A stretch of DNA of 64,000 nt, taken from Betaproteobacteria bacterium (GTDB taxonomy: Bacteria > Pseudomonadota > Gammaproteobacteria > Burkholderiales > SG8-41). The first letter of the stretch is position 1, and the number at the start of each line of letters is the position of its first letter. Below are positions 36,698 to 47,195 of the stretch, piece by piece. The stretch covers positions 14,009 to 78,008 of the forward strand of contig JBKDUF010000011.1 in NCBI GenBank assembly GCA_046339595.1, written 5' to 3'. Made by a program: the position numbers and the translations under genes. The notes below the pieces were generated by a model. That model was not told the DNA's origin and ran no database searches. It was given only the letters and a program-made list of their open reading frames with translations.

Positions 36698-38230
36698 TCA
36701 GGCGCGGCGGTTGAAGTCGCGCCAGCGGAATCCGAACAGCCACAGCATGCCGAAGTAGGTGAAGCCGCCGGCAAGCACCAGTCCTGCGAGCTTCAGCACG
36801 CGATCCATCGCGCCGGAAGCAAGCCAGGCCGCTGTTGGTCCGGCAAGCCACCACAGCACGATGCCCATCGCGTACACCGCCAGCGCGAGCTTGAGCGTGA
36901 ATACCGCCCAGCCCGGCTGCGGCCGGAAAATGCCGCGGCGGCGCAGGCCGATCAGCAGCAGTGTCGCATTCAGGCACGCGCCCAGGCTGATCGCCAGCGC
37001 AAGGCCGGCATGCTTGAGCTGCCACACCAGCGCCAGATTGAGCAGCTGGGTCACCGCCAGCGTCACCAGCGCGATCTTCACCGGCGTGCGGATGTCCTGC
37101 TGCGCATAGAAGCCCGGCGCCAGCACCTTCACCGCGATCAGGGCGACCAGACCCACGGCATAAGCAACCAGCGCATGGCGGGTGTTGATGACATCAGTGG
37201 CGGTAAAAGCGCCGTAGTGGAACAGCGTGGCCCCCAGCGGCACAGCCAGCACCGCCAGCGCCACAGCCGCGGGCATCGCCAGCAGCAGGGTCAGCCGCAG
37301 CCCCCAGTCGAGGAGCTCCGAATAGGCCTGCGGATTCTGCTCGGCATGGCGTTTTGCGAGGCTGGGCAGCAGGATCGTGCCCAGCGCGACACCCAGCAGC
37401 CCCGCCGGAAACTCCATCAGGCGGTCGGCGAAGTACAGCCAGGTCACGCTGCCGGTGACGAGGAATGAGGCGAAGATGTTGTTGATGAGCAGGCTGACCT
37501 GCCCCACCGACACCCCGAACACCGCCGGCGCCATCTGCCGCAGCACCCGCTGCACGCCCTCGTCGCGCAGGCTGAAACGCGGCCGCGGCAGCACCCCTGC
37601 ACGGGCCAGAAACGGAATCTGGAAAACCAGCTGCAGCACCCCGCCCGCGAACACCGCCCAGGCCAGCGCTTTCACCGGCGGATCGAAATACGGCGCGGCG
37701 AGCAGCGCAAAGCCGATGAAGGAGAGGTTGAGCAGCGTCGGCGTGAACGCCGGCACCGCGAAGCGGCTCCAGGTGTTGAGAATGCCGCCGGCCAGCGCCG
37801 TCAGCGCGATGAACAGGATGTAGGGAAAGACAATACGCAGCAGTTCCACCGTCAGCGCGAATTTCTCCGGGGTCGCGGTGAAACCGGGTGCGGTCACCGC
37901 GATGATCCACGGCGCGGCGAGCATGCCCGCCACGCTCACCAGCAGCAGCGCCACGCTGAGCACGCCGCTGACATGGTTGATCAGCGCGCGCGCCTCGTCC
38001 TCGCCACGGCGGTTCCTGTATTCGGCAAGGATCGGCACGAAGGCCTGGGAGAAGGCGCCCTCGGCAAACAGCCGCCGCAGCAGGTTCGGAATCTTGAAGG
38101 CGACGAAGAACGCGTCGGTGGCCAGACCCGCGCCAAAGACACGGGCAATCACCGCGTCGCGTACGAAACCGAGCACCCGCGACACCAGCGTCATGCTGCT
38201 GACTGTCGACAAGGCCTTGATTAAATTCAT
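36698..38230 (-). CDS. murJ: Murein biosynthesis integral membrane protein MurJ (lipid II flippase)
   Basis: [35 protein letters not shown]...[26 protein letters not shown] is the canonical MurJ/MviN N-terminus. It shows the conserved divergent arrangement with rpsT. Confidence 0.95.
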   Translation of the reverse strand: MNLIKALSTVSSMTLVSRVLGFVRDAVIARVFGAGLATDAFFVAFKIPNLLRRLFAEGAFSQAFVPILAEYRNRRGEDEARALINHVSGVLSVALLLVSVAGMLAAPWIIAVTAPGFTATPEKFALTVELLRIVFPYILFIALTALAGGILNTWSRFAVPAFTPTLLNLSFIGFALLAAPYFDPPVKALAWAVFAGGVLQLVFQIPFLARAGVLPRPRFSLRDEGVQRVLRQMAPAVFGVSVGQVSLLINNIFASFLVTGSVTWLYFADRLMEFPAGLLGVALGTILLPSLAKRHAEQNPQAYSELLDWGLRLTLLLAMPAAVALAVLAVPLGATLFHYGAFTATDVINTRHALVAYAVGLVALIAVKVLAPGFYAQQDIRTPVKIALVTLAVTQLLNLALVWQLKHAGLALAISLGACLNATLLLIGLRRRGIFRPQPGWAVFTLKLALAVYAMGIVLWWLAGPTAAWLASGAMDRVLKLAGLVLAGGFTYFGMLWLFGFRWRDFNRRA

Positions 38231-38272
38231 TTATTTTGCTCGGGAGGGGCGAAGGGCGCGGTACTGGGCAGC

Positions 38273-38301
38273 TTGCGGAAAAGGCCCAAGTTCTTTATCA
38301 T
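38273..38301 (+). promoter_or_regulatory. Candidate sigma-70 promoter of rpsT
   Basis: TTGCGG (38273-38278), a 17-nt spacer, then TATCAT (38296-38301), about 35 nt upstream of the rpsT ATG. Confidence 0.35.
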
Positions 38302-38335
38302 TGCGCCCTTTTTCCGAACGGAATCCGGAGTTTAC

Positions 38336-38599
38336 ATGGCCAACACTGCTTCAGCCAAAAAAGCCGCCCGCCAGGCCGTGAAGCGCCGCGCCCGCAATGG
38401 CGCCCAGCGTTCAGAGCTGCGCACCGCGATCAAGGATGTACGCAAGGCCATCGCCGCCGGCGACAAGGCTGCCGCGAGGACCGTGTTCCAGAAATCGGTG
38501 AGCACCATTGATTCGATCGCCGACAAGGACATCATCCGCAAGAACACCGCGGCGCGCTACAAGAGCCGCCTGTCGGCCGCAATCAAGGCGATGGCCTGA
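38336..38599 (+). CDS. rpsT: 30S ribosomal protein S20
   Basis: [41 protein letters not shown] precedes the ATG at 38336. Confidence 0.95.
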   Translation: MANTASAKKAARQAVKRRARNGAQRSELRTAIKDVRKAIAAGDKAAARTVFQKSVSTIDSIADKDIIRKNTAARYKSRLSAAIKAMA

Positions 38600-38642
38600 T
38601 CATCCCCTCAGCGGCGCCCCGGCGCCGCAGCGGGCCGCCAGC

Positions 38643-38984
38643 TCAAGGCGGCCCTCCGGTGGCCGGTGTCTCCGGCCGCCTGACCCGGCGCCCCGGCCGC
38701 ATCCTCAGCCGGTTGTCTCTCGCGAACTGCAGCAAAAGGGCAAAACCCTGGGGATTTACCGTCTCCAGCGCGCGGTCCACTGCGACACAATGGTTACCGC
38801 CGGCAAAGATCGGTTCCAGGCAGGGCGAGTATTCAAGATGACCGCTTTCGCTGAGCACCGAAAACACGCTGGACAGCCGTTCCGCCCAGTCGCCGGGACG
38901 AAACGGTTCACCGTGGCCGGTGATGCCCTTAATGACGATTTCCGGTGCATCATTGAACATGCCGTCCTGCCGCCCTGTCAGCAA
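38643..38984 (-). CDS. DUF3579 domain-containing protein
   Basis: GEPFRPGDWAERLSSVF...SPCLEP...LLLQFARDNRL resembles the DUF3579 family as I recall it (FRPSDWAERL motif). MFNDAPEIV at 38960 is an alternative start. Confidence 0.65.
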   Translation of the reverse strand: MLTGRQDGMFNDAPEIVIKGITGHGEPFRPGDWAERLSSVFSVLSESGHLEYSPCLEPIFAGGNHCVAVDRALETVNPQGFALLLQFARDNRLRMRPGRRVRRPETPATGGPP

Positions 38985-39079
38985 AAAAGTCCAGCAGAAT
39001 CAGCGCATAAGCCGCGCATTGCAGCGGAAAATTCACTTGCCAAGCGAAGCCGCCATGGCCGAAAATTCACATTGATCAC

Positions 39080-39109
39080 CGGCGGCGTCAGGCCGCCGTC
39101 TGTTTTTTT
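39080..39109 (+). terminator. Orphan rho-independent terminator (plus orientation) upstream of argD
   Basis: Stem cggcggc (39080-39086) / gccgccg (39092-39098), loop gtcag, then tctg and a run of seven T (39103-39109). No plus-strand gene ends here. Confidence 0.5.
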
Positions 39110-39180
39110 GTAGCCTGCACGGCGGGGTCGCGGCAGCGGCCCGGGACCGGCGATATTGGCCGCGCGAAACGGCGGCCTTG

Positions 39181-40386
39181 ATGAGCGAGCACACCATGTC
39201 ACATGTCATGAACACCTATGCCCGCCTGCCCGTCGCCTTTGAACGCGGCGAAGGCGTCTGGCTGTGGGATACGCAGGGCAAGCGCTATCTGGACGCGCTG
39301 GCGGGCGTGGCCGTGAACGCGGTCGGCCACAGCCATCCGATACTGGTGGCGGCGCTGCGCGAACAGGTCGGCAAGCTGATCCACACCTCCAACATCTACC
39401 AGGTCTCGGCGCAGGAAAAACTCGCCGACCGCATCGCCGCCGCCTCCGGCATGGACAGCGTGTTTTTCTGCAATTCCGGCGCCGAAGCCAACGAGGCGGC
39501 TATCAAGCTCGCGCGTTACTACGGCCACAAGAAGGGCGTGGAAATTCCCGCGGTCGTGGTGCTCGAGAAGTCCTTCCACGGCCGCACCATGGCCACGCTG
39601 GCGGCCCCCGGCAGCCGCAAGGTGCAGGCCGGCTTCGAGCCGCTGGTGACCGGATTCGTGCGCGTGCCCTTCAACGACCTGGAGGCCGTTCGTCGCGTCG
39701 CCGCCTCCAACCGCAACGTGGTCGCCGTACTCGCCGAGCTGGTGCAGGGCGAAGGCGGGGTCAGCGTCTGCAGCGATGATTACCTGAAGGGCCTGCGCGA
39801 GATCTGCGACGCCAACGGCTGGCTGCTGATGCTCGACGAAGTGCAGACCGGCATGGGCCGCACCGGCAAGATGTTCGCCTTCCAGCACTACGGCGTGATG
39901 CCCGACGTGATCACCCTCGCCAAGGGCCTCGGCGGCGGTGTGCCCATCGGCGCCTGCGTGGCCCGCGGTGAAGCCGCCACGCTGTTCAAGCCGGGCAGCC
40001 ACGGCTCGACCTTCGGCGGCAACCTGCTTGCCAGCACCGCCGCGCTCGCCACCATCGACATCATCGAATCCGAGGGCCTGTGCCGCAACGCCGCCGAGGT
40101 GGGCGAGCTCATCCTGTCCGGGCTCCGGCGCGCGCTGGCCGAAACGCCCGGCGTGCGCGACATCCGCGGCAAGGGCATGATGATCGGCGTCGAGCTCGAC
40201 CGCCCCTGCGGCGAACTGGTGAAAACCGCGCTCGAGGCCGGCCTGCTGATCAACGTCACCGCCGAGAACGTGGTACGGCTGGTGCCGCCGCTGGTGATGT
40301 CCCGCGCCGAAGCCGACCAGCTGGTCGGCCAGCTGGCGCCGATGATCCGCACATTCCTGATGAAAGCCGCCCCCGCCGCCGCCTGA
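39181..40386 (+). CDS. argD: Acetylornithine aminotransferase (class III PLP aminotransferase)
   Basis: MNTYARLPVAFERGEGVWLWD, FCNSGAEANEAAIKLAR, DEVQTGMGRTG, and TLAKGLGGG (PLP lysine). The start is uncertain among 39181, 39196 and 39208. Confidence 0.9.
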   Translation: MSEHTMSHVMNTYARLPVAFERGEGVWLWDTQGKRYLDALAGVAVNAVGHSHPILVAALREQVGKLIHTSNIYQVSAQEKLADRIAAASGMDSVFFCNSGAEANEAAIKLARYYGHKKGVEIPAVVVLEKSFHGRTMATLAAPGSRKVQAGFEPLVTGFVRVPFNDLEAVRRVAASNRNVVAVLAELVQGEGGVSVCSDDYLKGLREICDANGWLLMLDEVQTGMGRTGKMFAFQHYGVMPDVITLAKGLGGGVPIGACVARGEAATLFKPGSHGSTFGGNLLASTAALATIDIIESEGLCRNAAEVGELILSGLRRALAETPGVRDIRGKGMMIGVELDRPCGELVKTALEAGLLINVTAENVVRLVPPLVMSRAEADQLVGQLAPMIRTFLMKAAPAAA

Positions 40387-40421
40387 TGCGCGCGGCGCGC
40401 CCGCTGCGCCGGGGATACCCC

Positions 40422-41345
40422 ATGCCACTTCGCCACTACCTGCAATTCAAGGATTTCAGCGCCGAGGAATACGAACACCTGTTCGCCCGCGCGCACTGGA
40501 TCAAGACGCGCTTCAAGCGCTACGAGCCGTATCTGCCGCTGCACGACCGCACGCTGGCGATGATCTTCGAGAAGAACTCCACGCGGACCCGCGTCTCGTT
40601 CGAGGCCGGCATGCTGCAGATGGGGGGCACCGTGATCAACCTCACCTCCAGCCAGACCCAGCTCTCGCGCGGCGAGCCGATCGAGGATGTCGCGCGGGTC
40701 ATTACGCGCATGGTCGACCTGGTGATGATCCGCACCTTCGAGCAGCTGATCATCGAGCGCTTCGCGGCCTACTCGCGGGTGCCGGTGATCAATGGCCTCA
40801 CCAACGAGTACCACCCCTGCCAGATCCTCGCCGATATCTTCACCTACATCGAGCACCGCGGCTCGATCCGCGGCAGGACCGTGGCCTGGATCGGCGACTC
40901 CAACAACGTCTGCAACACCTGGCTGCAGGCCGCCGAGGTACTCGGCTTCAACGTCCATGTCTCGACACCGCCCGGCTACGAAGTCGAGCCCGAACGCGCC
41001 GGCCTCTACGGCACCGACCACTACGAGGAATTCCCCGATCCGATGGATGCGGTGAAGGGCGCCGACCTGGTCACCACCGACGTCTGGACCAGCATGGGCT
41101 TCGAGGCCGAGAACGAAGAGCGCAAGCGCGACTTCGAGGACTGGTGCATCGACGCCGACATGATGAACGCCGCCAAGCCTGACGCCCTGTTCATGCACTG
41201 CCTGCCCGCCCACCGCGGCGAGGAAGTCACCGCCGAAGTCATCGACGGCCCGCAGAGCGTGGTCTGGGATGAAGCTGAAAACCGTCTCCATGCGCAGAAG
41301 GCCCTGATGGAATTTCTGCTGCTGGGCCACGTGGAATCCAAGTAA
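40422..41345 (+). CDS. argF: Ornithine carbamoyltransferase
   Basis: [21 protein letters not shown] and [12 protein letters not shown] motifs. Confidence 0.95.
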   Translation: MPLRHYLQFKDFSAEEYEHLFARAHWIKTRFKRYEPYLPLHDRTLAMIFEKNSTRTRVSFEAGMLQMGGTVINLTSSQTQLSRGEPIEDVARVITRMVDLVMIRTFEQLIIERFAAYSRVPVINGLTNEYHPCQILADIFTYIEHRGSIRGRTVAWIGDSNNVCNTWLQAAEVLGFNVHVSTPPGYEVEPERAGLYGTDHYEEFPDPMDAVKGADLVTTDVWTSMGFEAENEERKRDFEDWCIDADMMNAAKPDALFMHCLPAHRGEEVTAEVIDGPQSVVWDEAENRLHAQKALMEFLLLGHVESK

Positions 41346-41359
41346 CCCCCCTGAAAATC

Positions 41360-42589
<1,230 letters not shown>

Positions 42590-42612
42590 ACGCACCGCAA
42601 CAGGAGCATCCG

Positions 42613-42921
42613 ATGTCCCAGTTCGACAACGTTTCCGTCGTCAAGAAAGCCAACGTCTATTTCGACGGCAAGTGCGTCAGCCACACCGTGATCCTTGCCG
42701 GTGGCGTGCGCAAATCGGTGGGTGTGATCCTGCCCTCGACCCTCAAGTTCAACACCGACGCCCCCGAGCGCATGGAGATCATCGCCGGCCACGGCCGTTA
42801 CCGCCTTGCCGGCAGCGACTGGAAAACGGTCCGGGAAGGCGAGAGCTTCGACGTGCCTGGCAAGTCGAGCTTCGACATCGAGGCGGTCGAGGCCCTGCAC
42901 TACGTGTGCCATTTCGGTTAA
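42613..42921 (+). CDS. ppnP: Pyrimidine/purine nucleoside phosphorylase PpnP (DUF1255/YaiE)
   Basis: [26 protein letters not shown]. The size is right for the small cupin family (102 aa). Confidence 0.85.
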   Translation: MSQFDNVSVVKKANVYFDGKCVSHTVILAGGVRKSVGVILPSTLKFNTDAPERMEIIAGHGRYRLAGSDWKTVREGESFDVPGKSSFDIEAVEALHYVCHFG

Positions 42922-42936
42922 GGCCCGCCAGCAACA

Positions 42937-43533
42937 ATGACCACCATCGTCGTGGTGCGCAAGGGCCGCACGGTTGCAATCGCTGCCGACACCATGACCA
43001 AGTGGGGCGCAGCCAAGGAAAGCGCGGCCTATGTCGCCAACAACGGCAAATTGCTGCAGGTCGGCGACACCTGGCTGGGCCTCACCGGCAATGCCACCTT
43101 CAAGACCATCCTGCGCGACTACTTCGGCAGGCCCAAGGTGCGCGCCCGTTTTGATTCACCGCTGGAAATCTTCCGCACCTGGCAGGACCTGCACACTGCG
43201 CTGAAGAACGACTACTTCCTGCACATCGGCGGCCAGGACGACGAGCCGCTCGAATCCACGCGCTTTGACGCGCTGATCGCCAACCCGCAGGGCATCTTCG
43301 GCGTGGTCGCTCACCGCACCGTGCAGGAATTCACCCGTTACTACGCCTTCGGCAGCGGCAGCACCTACGCCATGGGCGCGCTGCACGCGCTCTACGACGA
43401 GCCCGGACTCAACGCCGAGGCGCTGGCGCGGCGCGCGGTGGAAACCGCCGCCGAATTCGACGATGCCACCGGCCTGCCGCTGCAAGCCCACCGCATCAGC
43501 CTGAAAGCCGCAAAACCAGCCGCCAAAGCCTGA
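42937..43533 (+). CDS. HslV-like N-terminal-nucleophile (proteasome beta-type) hydrolase with no adjacent HslU; probable betaproteobacterial proteasome homolog (BPH)
   Basis: MTTIVVVRKGRTVAIAADT parallels the HslV N-terminus MTTIVSVRRNGHVVIAGD (Thr nucleophile after Met). AFGSGSTYAMGALHAL parallels AIGSGGPYAQAAARAL. No AAA+ partner gene is in the window. Confidence 0.65.
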   Translation: MTTIVVVRKGRTVAIAADTMTKWGAAKESAAYVANNGKLLQVGDTWLGLTGNATFKTILRDYFGRPKVRARFDSPLEIFRTWQDLHTALKNDYFLHIGGQDDEPLESTRFDALIANPQGIFGVVAHRTVQEFTRYYAFGSGSTYAMGALHALYDEPGLNAEALARRAVETAAEFDDATGLPLQAHRISLKAAKPAAKA

Positions 43534-43599
43534 GGCTGCGCAGCTGCGGCGTATAATCCGCACTGTTCCAACCGCACCCACAACCTCAGGGAGCAGCAC

Positions 43600-44091
43600 A
43601 TGCCCTCGTTCGACATCGTCTCCGAGGTCAACCAGGTCGAAGTGCGCAACGCCGTCGACCAGACCAACAAGGAAGTCTCCACCCGCTTTGATTTCAAGGG
43701 CTCCGATGCCCGCGTCGAAATCAATGACAAGGAAAAAACGCTGACCGTCTTCGCCGACGACGACTTCAAGCTGAGCCAGGTCCGCGACGTGCTCACCGCC
43801 AAGCTCGCCAAGCGCGGCGTCGACACCCGCTGCCTCAAGATGGGTGAGGCCGAAACCATCAGCGGCAACAAGATGAAGCAGCCGGTTACCGTGCGCGAAG
43901 GCATCGAGCAGGAGCTGGCCAAGAAAATCGTCAAGACCATCAAGGACAGCAAGATGAAGGTGCAGGGCAGCATCCAGGGCGACGTGGTGCGCGTGTCGGG
44001 CGCCAAGAAAGACCTGCTGCAGGACGCCATCGCCCTGATCCGCAAGTCCATCACCGACTTCCCGCTGCAGTTCAAGAATTTCCGTGACTGA
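43600..44091 (+). CDS. yajQ: YajQ family nucleotide (cyclic di-GMP)-binding protein
   Basis: [35 protein letters not shown] is the canonical YajQ N-terminus. Confidence 0.9.
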   Translation: MPSFDIVSEVNQVEVRNAVDQTNKEVSTRFDFKGSDARVEINDKEKTLTVFADDDFKLSQVRDVLTAKLAKRGVDTRCLKMGEAETISGNKMKQPVTVREGIEQELAKKIVKTIKDSKMKVQGSIQGDVVRVSGAKKDLLQDAIALIRKSITDFPLQFKNFRD

Positions 44092-45442
44092 ACCGGCCCG
44101 GACCGCAGGCGATCCGCCAGCCCAACCCGCCGCCATCCCCTTCGCCGAGGCTTTCCGCTTCTGGCTCAAGCTCGGCTTCATCAGCTTCGGCGGCCCCGCG
44201 GGACAGATTTCGATCATGCACCAGGAGCTGGTGGAGAAACGGCGCTGGATTTCCGAGCGCCGTTTCCTGCATGCACTGAACTACTGCATGGTGCTGCCCG
44301 GACCCGAGGCGCAACAGCTTGCCACCTACATCGGCTGGCTGATGCACCGCACCTGGGGCGGCATCGTGGCTGGCGGCCTGTTCGTGCTGCCCTCCCTGTT
44401 CATCCTGATCGCACTGTCCTGGATCTACATGGCCTGGGGCAATGTGCCCGCCGTCGCCGGCATCCTCTACGGTATCAAGCCCGCGGTGACCGCGATCGTG
44501 GTCTTCGCTGCTATCCGCATCGGCAGCCGCGCACTCAAAAACCGCGTGCTGTGGGGTTTCGCCGCGGCGGCCTTCATCGGACTCTTTGCGCTTGACCTGC
44601 CCTTTCCGCTGATCGTGATCGGCGCCGGCCGGGCCGGCTGGATCGGCGGCCGGCTGCGGCCGCAGCTCTTCGCCATGGGCGGCGGCCATGGCGCCGCGGA
44701 CAAGGACTACGGCCCGGCGGTGATCGACGATGACACGCCAACACCCGCGCACGCGCGCTTCTCCTGGGGCCGCTTCTACCGCGTGCTCGCCTTCGGCCTC
44801 GCGCTGTGGACCGCGGGCATGGCGATCCTCATCGCCACCTTCGGCTGGGACAGCACGCTGCGCCAGATGGGCTGGTTCTTCACCAAGGCCGCGCTGCTCA
44901 CTTTCGGCGGTGCCTATGCCGTGCTGCCCTATGTCTATCAGGCGGCAGTCGAACACTTCCAGTGGCTGACCGGCCCGCAGATGATCGACGGCCTCGCCCT
45001 GGGCGAAACCACGCCGGGCCCGCTGATCATGGTGGTGGCTTTTGTCGGCTTCGTCGGCGGCTGGACCACCGAATTCCTCGGCACCGACCGCCTGGTCGCG
45101 GCCGGCGCGCTCGCCGCCGCGGTGGTGACCTGGTTCACCTTCCTGCCCAGCTTCATTTTCATCCTGCTCGGTGGCCCACTGGTCGAGACCACCCACGGTG
45201 AACTCAAATTCACCGCCCCGCTCACCGGCATCACCGCCGCGGTGGTCGGCGTGATCCTCAACCTCGCGGTGTTTTTTGCCTACCACGTGTTGTGGCCCGA
45301 GGGCCTGAGCGGCCGCTTCGACTGGCCCTCGGCGGTGATCGGCATCGCCGCCTTTGTCGCACTGTGGCGCTACAAGGTGGGCATCATGCCGGTGATCGGC
45401 GGTTGCGCTCTGGCCGGCGCAGCGTGGACGCTGCTGACCTGA
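44084..45442 (+). CDS. chrA: Chromate efflux transporter (CHR family, two-domain long form)
   Basis: [36 protein letters not shown] in the first half and [19 protein letters not shown] in the second half. The GTG start overlaps yajQ by 8 nt, and a later start is possible. Confidence 0.85.
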   Translation: MTEPARTAGDPPAQPAAIPFAEAFRFWLKLGFISFGGPAGQISIMHQELVEKRRWISERRFLHALNYCMVLPGPEAQQLATYIGWLMHRTWGGIVAGGLFVLPSLFILIALSWIYMAWGNVPAVAGILYGIKPAVTAIVVFAAIRIGSRALKNRVLWGFAAAAFIGLFALDLPFPLIVIGAGRAGWIGGRLRPQLFAMGGGHGAADKDYGPAVIDDDTPTPAHARFSWGRFYRVLAFGLALWTAGMAILIATFGWDSTLRQMGWFFTKAALLTFGGAYAVLPYVYQAAVEHFQWLTGPQMIDGLALGETTPGPLIMVVAFVGFVGGWTTEFLGTDRLVAAGALAAAVVTWFTFLPSFIFILLGGPLVETTHGELKFTAPLTGITAAVVGVILNLAVFFAYHVLWPEGLSGRFDWPSAVIGIAAFVALWRYKVGIMPVIGGCALAGAAWTLLT

Positions 45443-45454
45443 ACCTGCACGCGC

Positions 45455-46171
45455 TCAGCGCGCGAGGCCCTGTACCCAGCGGTTGTAAATCCGGTCCGCC
45501 ACGGAATTGAGGGCACGCACCTTGTCCTCGATGCCGTCTTCCATCTCTGCAGGCGTCTGCACCGAAGCCACACGCCCGGCCAGCGCCTCAACCTCCTGCG
45601 CCCAGTCGCGGCACCAGCTGCGGATCAGCGCTGGCGTCATCTCGACATGGCACTGCATGCCGATGTGGCGGTCGTTCAGCACATAGCCCTGGTTCGCGCA
45701 CCAGGCGCTTTCCATCAGCCGCGTCGCCCCCGGCGGAATGGCAAAAGTCTCGCCATGCCAGTGGAATGACAGAAAGCGCTTCAGGTCTGCCCCCAGCCAT
45801 TGCCGTGCCAGCGGCCCGTCGAGCACGCGCACCTCGCCCCAGCCGATTTCCTTGACCGGGTTGCGCGTCACCAGCGCACCCAGCGCCTTGGCCAACAGCT
45901 GGCCGCCGAGGCAATGCCCGATCACCGGCACGTCCCGCTCTACCGCATCGCGGATCAGCGCGCATGCGAGCGCCACCCAGGGCAGGTCGTCGTTGACGCT
46001 CATCGGCCCGCCCATGAAGCACAGCCCGGCAAACTCAGCCGGCGACGCCGGCACCGCCTCGCCGGCATCGAGCTTGATGATGCGGTACGGAATCCGGTGC
46101 CGCTCAAGGTACATGGCAAAATAAGCCGGACCTTCAGTCGGGGAGTGGCGAAAAATGGCAACAGGCTTCAT
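45455..46171 (-). CDS. Class I glutamine amidotransferase (GMP synthase-like domain only)
   Basis: MKPVAIFRHSPTEGPAYF, nucleophile elbow VIGHCLGGQ, and the His/Glu region MQCHVE. The 5' extension of the 321-aa track ORF is rejected. Confidence 0.8.
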   Translation of the reverse strand: MKPVAIFRHSPTEGPAYFAMYLERHRIPYRIIKLDAGEAVPASPAEFAGLCFMGGPMSVNDDLPWVALACALIRDAVERDVPVIGHCLGGQLLAKALGALVTRNPVKEIGWGEVRVLDGPLARQWLGADLKRFLSFHWHGETFAIPPGATRLMESAWCANQGYVLNDRHIGMQCHVEMTPALIRSWCRDWAQEVEALAGRVASVQTPAEMEDGIEDKVRALNSVADRIYNRWVQGLAR

Positions 46172-46184
46172 GGGGGCAATGGCG

Positions 46185-46856
46185 ATGCGTCGATTCAAAC
46201 GGTGGATGGATTGTAGGGCCTGCGCGACAGCCGGGCTGTTGCTGATCGCAAGCATGGCCCATGCCAATGACATCAGTGTCGCGGCGCTGTTCCCCGGCAA
46301 GGCCGTGCTGGTGATCAACAGCAGTGCACCGCGCACCGTTTCGGTGGGCCAGACCACACCCGAAGGCATCCGCCTGATCAGCGCCGACAGCAGCAGCGCG
46401 GTGATCGAATTCCAGGGCAAACGCCAGACCCTGGTGCCCGGCGCCAGCGGGCGTTTTGCCGGCGGCAGCCCCGCCTCGGCGTCCAGCGGCCGCGTCGTGC
46501 TGAGCCCCGACGCCCGCGGCCACTACCTCACGCTCGGCCAGATCAACGGCGGCACCGTGCAGTTCCTCGTTGATACCGGCGCCACCAGCATCGCACTGCC
46601 GGCCGCCGAAGCGCGCCGCCTCGGCATCCACTACCTCTCCGGCCAGCGCGGCTACACCGAAACCGCCAACGGCAAGGCCGCCGCCTGGCGGGTCAGGCTC
46701 GACACGGTGAAGGTCGGCGACATCACGCTCCACGGTGTCGATGCCGTGGTGATGGAAGGCGACGGCCTGAAGGTGGTGCTGCTGGGGATGAGTTTTCTGA
46801 ACCGCACGGAGATGCAGCGGGATGGGCAGACGCTGACGTTGACGAAGCGGTTTTAA
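46185..46856 (+). CDS. Retropepsin-like (clan AA) aspartic protease family protein
   Basis: Hydrophobic N-terminus, then GHYLTLGQINGGTVQFLVDTGATSIALP (DTGA active-site motif) and LLGMSFL. The start is uncertain (46155-46206). Confidence 0.8.
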   Translation: MRRFKRWMDCRACATAGLLLIASMAHANDISVAALFPGKAVLVINSSAPRTVSVGQTTPEGIRLISADSSSAVIEFQGKRQTLVPGASGRFAGGSPASASSGRVVLSPDARGHYLTLGQINGGTVQFLVDTGATSIALPAAEARRLGIHYLSGQRGYTETANGKAAAWRVRLDTVKVGDITLHGVDAVVMEGDGLKVVLLGMSFLNRTEMQRDGQTLTLTKRF

Positions 46857-47195
46857 GATAGCCGCGAACAAGTCAGGGGCGACTAATTTTTTGTTTATAC
46901 AATCTCTCTGAACTGACTTATCGAGACTCACATCAGACGCTCAAATAAACGCTAGAAAACAATTATGAACTGGCGCAACCGAACCCGGCAAAGAATGAAA
47001 GATCTCAATCTAAACCATAGCGAAATGGGAAAGATACTTGGGAAAGGCTGTCCAAGGAACGGCAGCGCGACATTGAAGGCGCGATCAAAGTATTTACCAT
47101 TGATCCCCTTAAACATGACTAGCACCAGAACCTAAAGTTACAGGGGTCAATTATTCTTTGAGCGTCCGCATGTAACAAACGCAAAGCGACCAACC

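Noticed and set aside
38508-39113. 201-aa plus-strand ORF ending at the orphan terminator
   Set aside because: It overlaps the end of rpsT out of frame and runs antisense through the DUF3579 gene. Its composition is Arg/Pro-rich junk. The terminator is reported separately.
43548-43560. TATAAT box upstream of yajQ as a promoter
   Set aside because: I found no acceptable -35 element at 16-18 nt spacing, so this is too weak to report as a feature.
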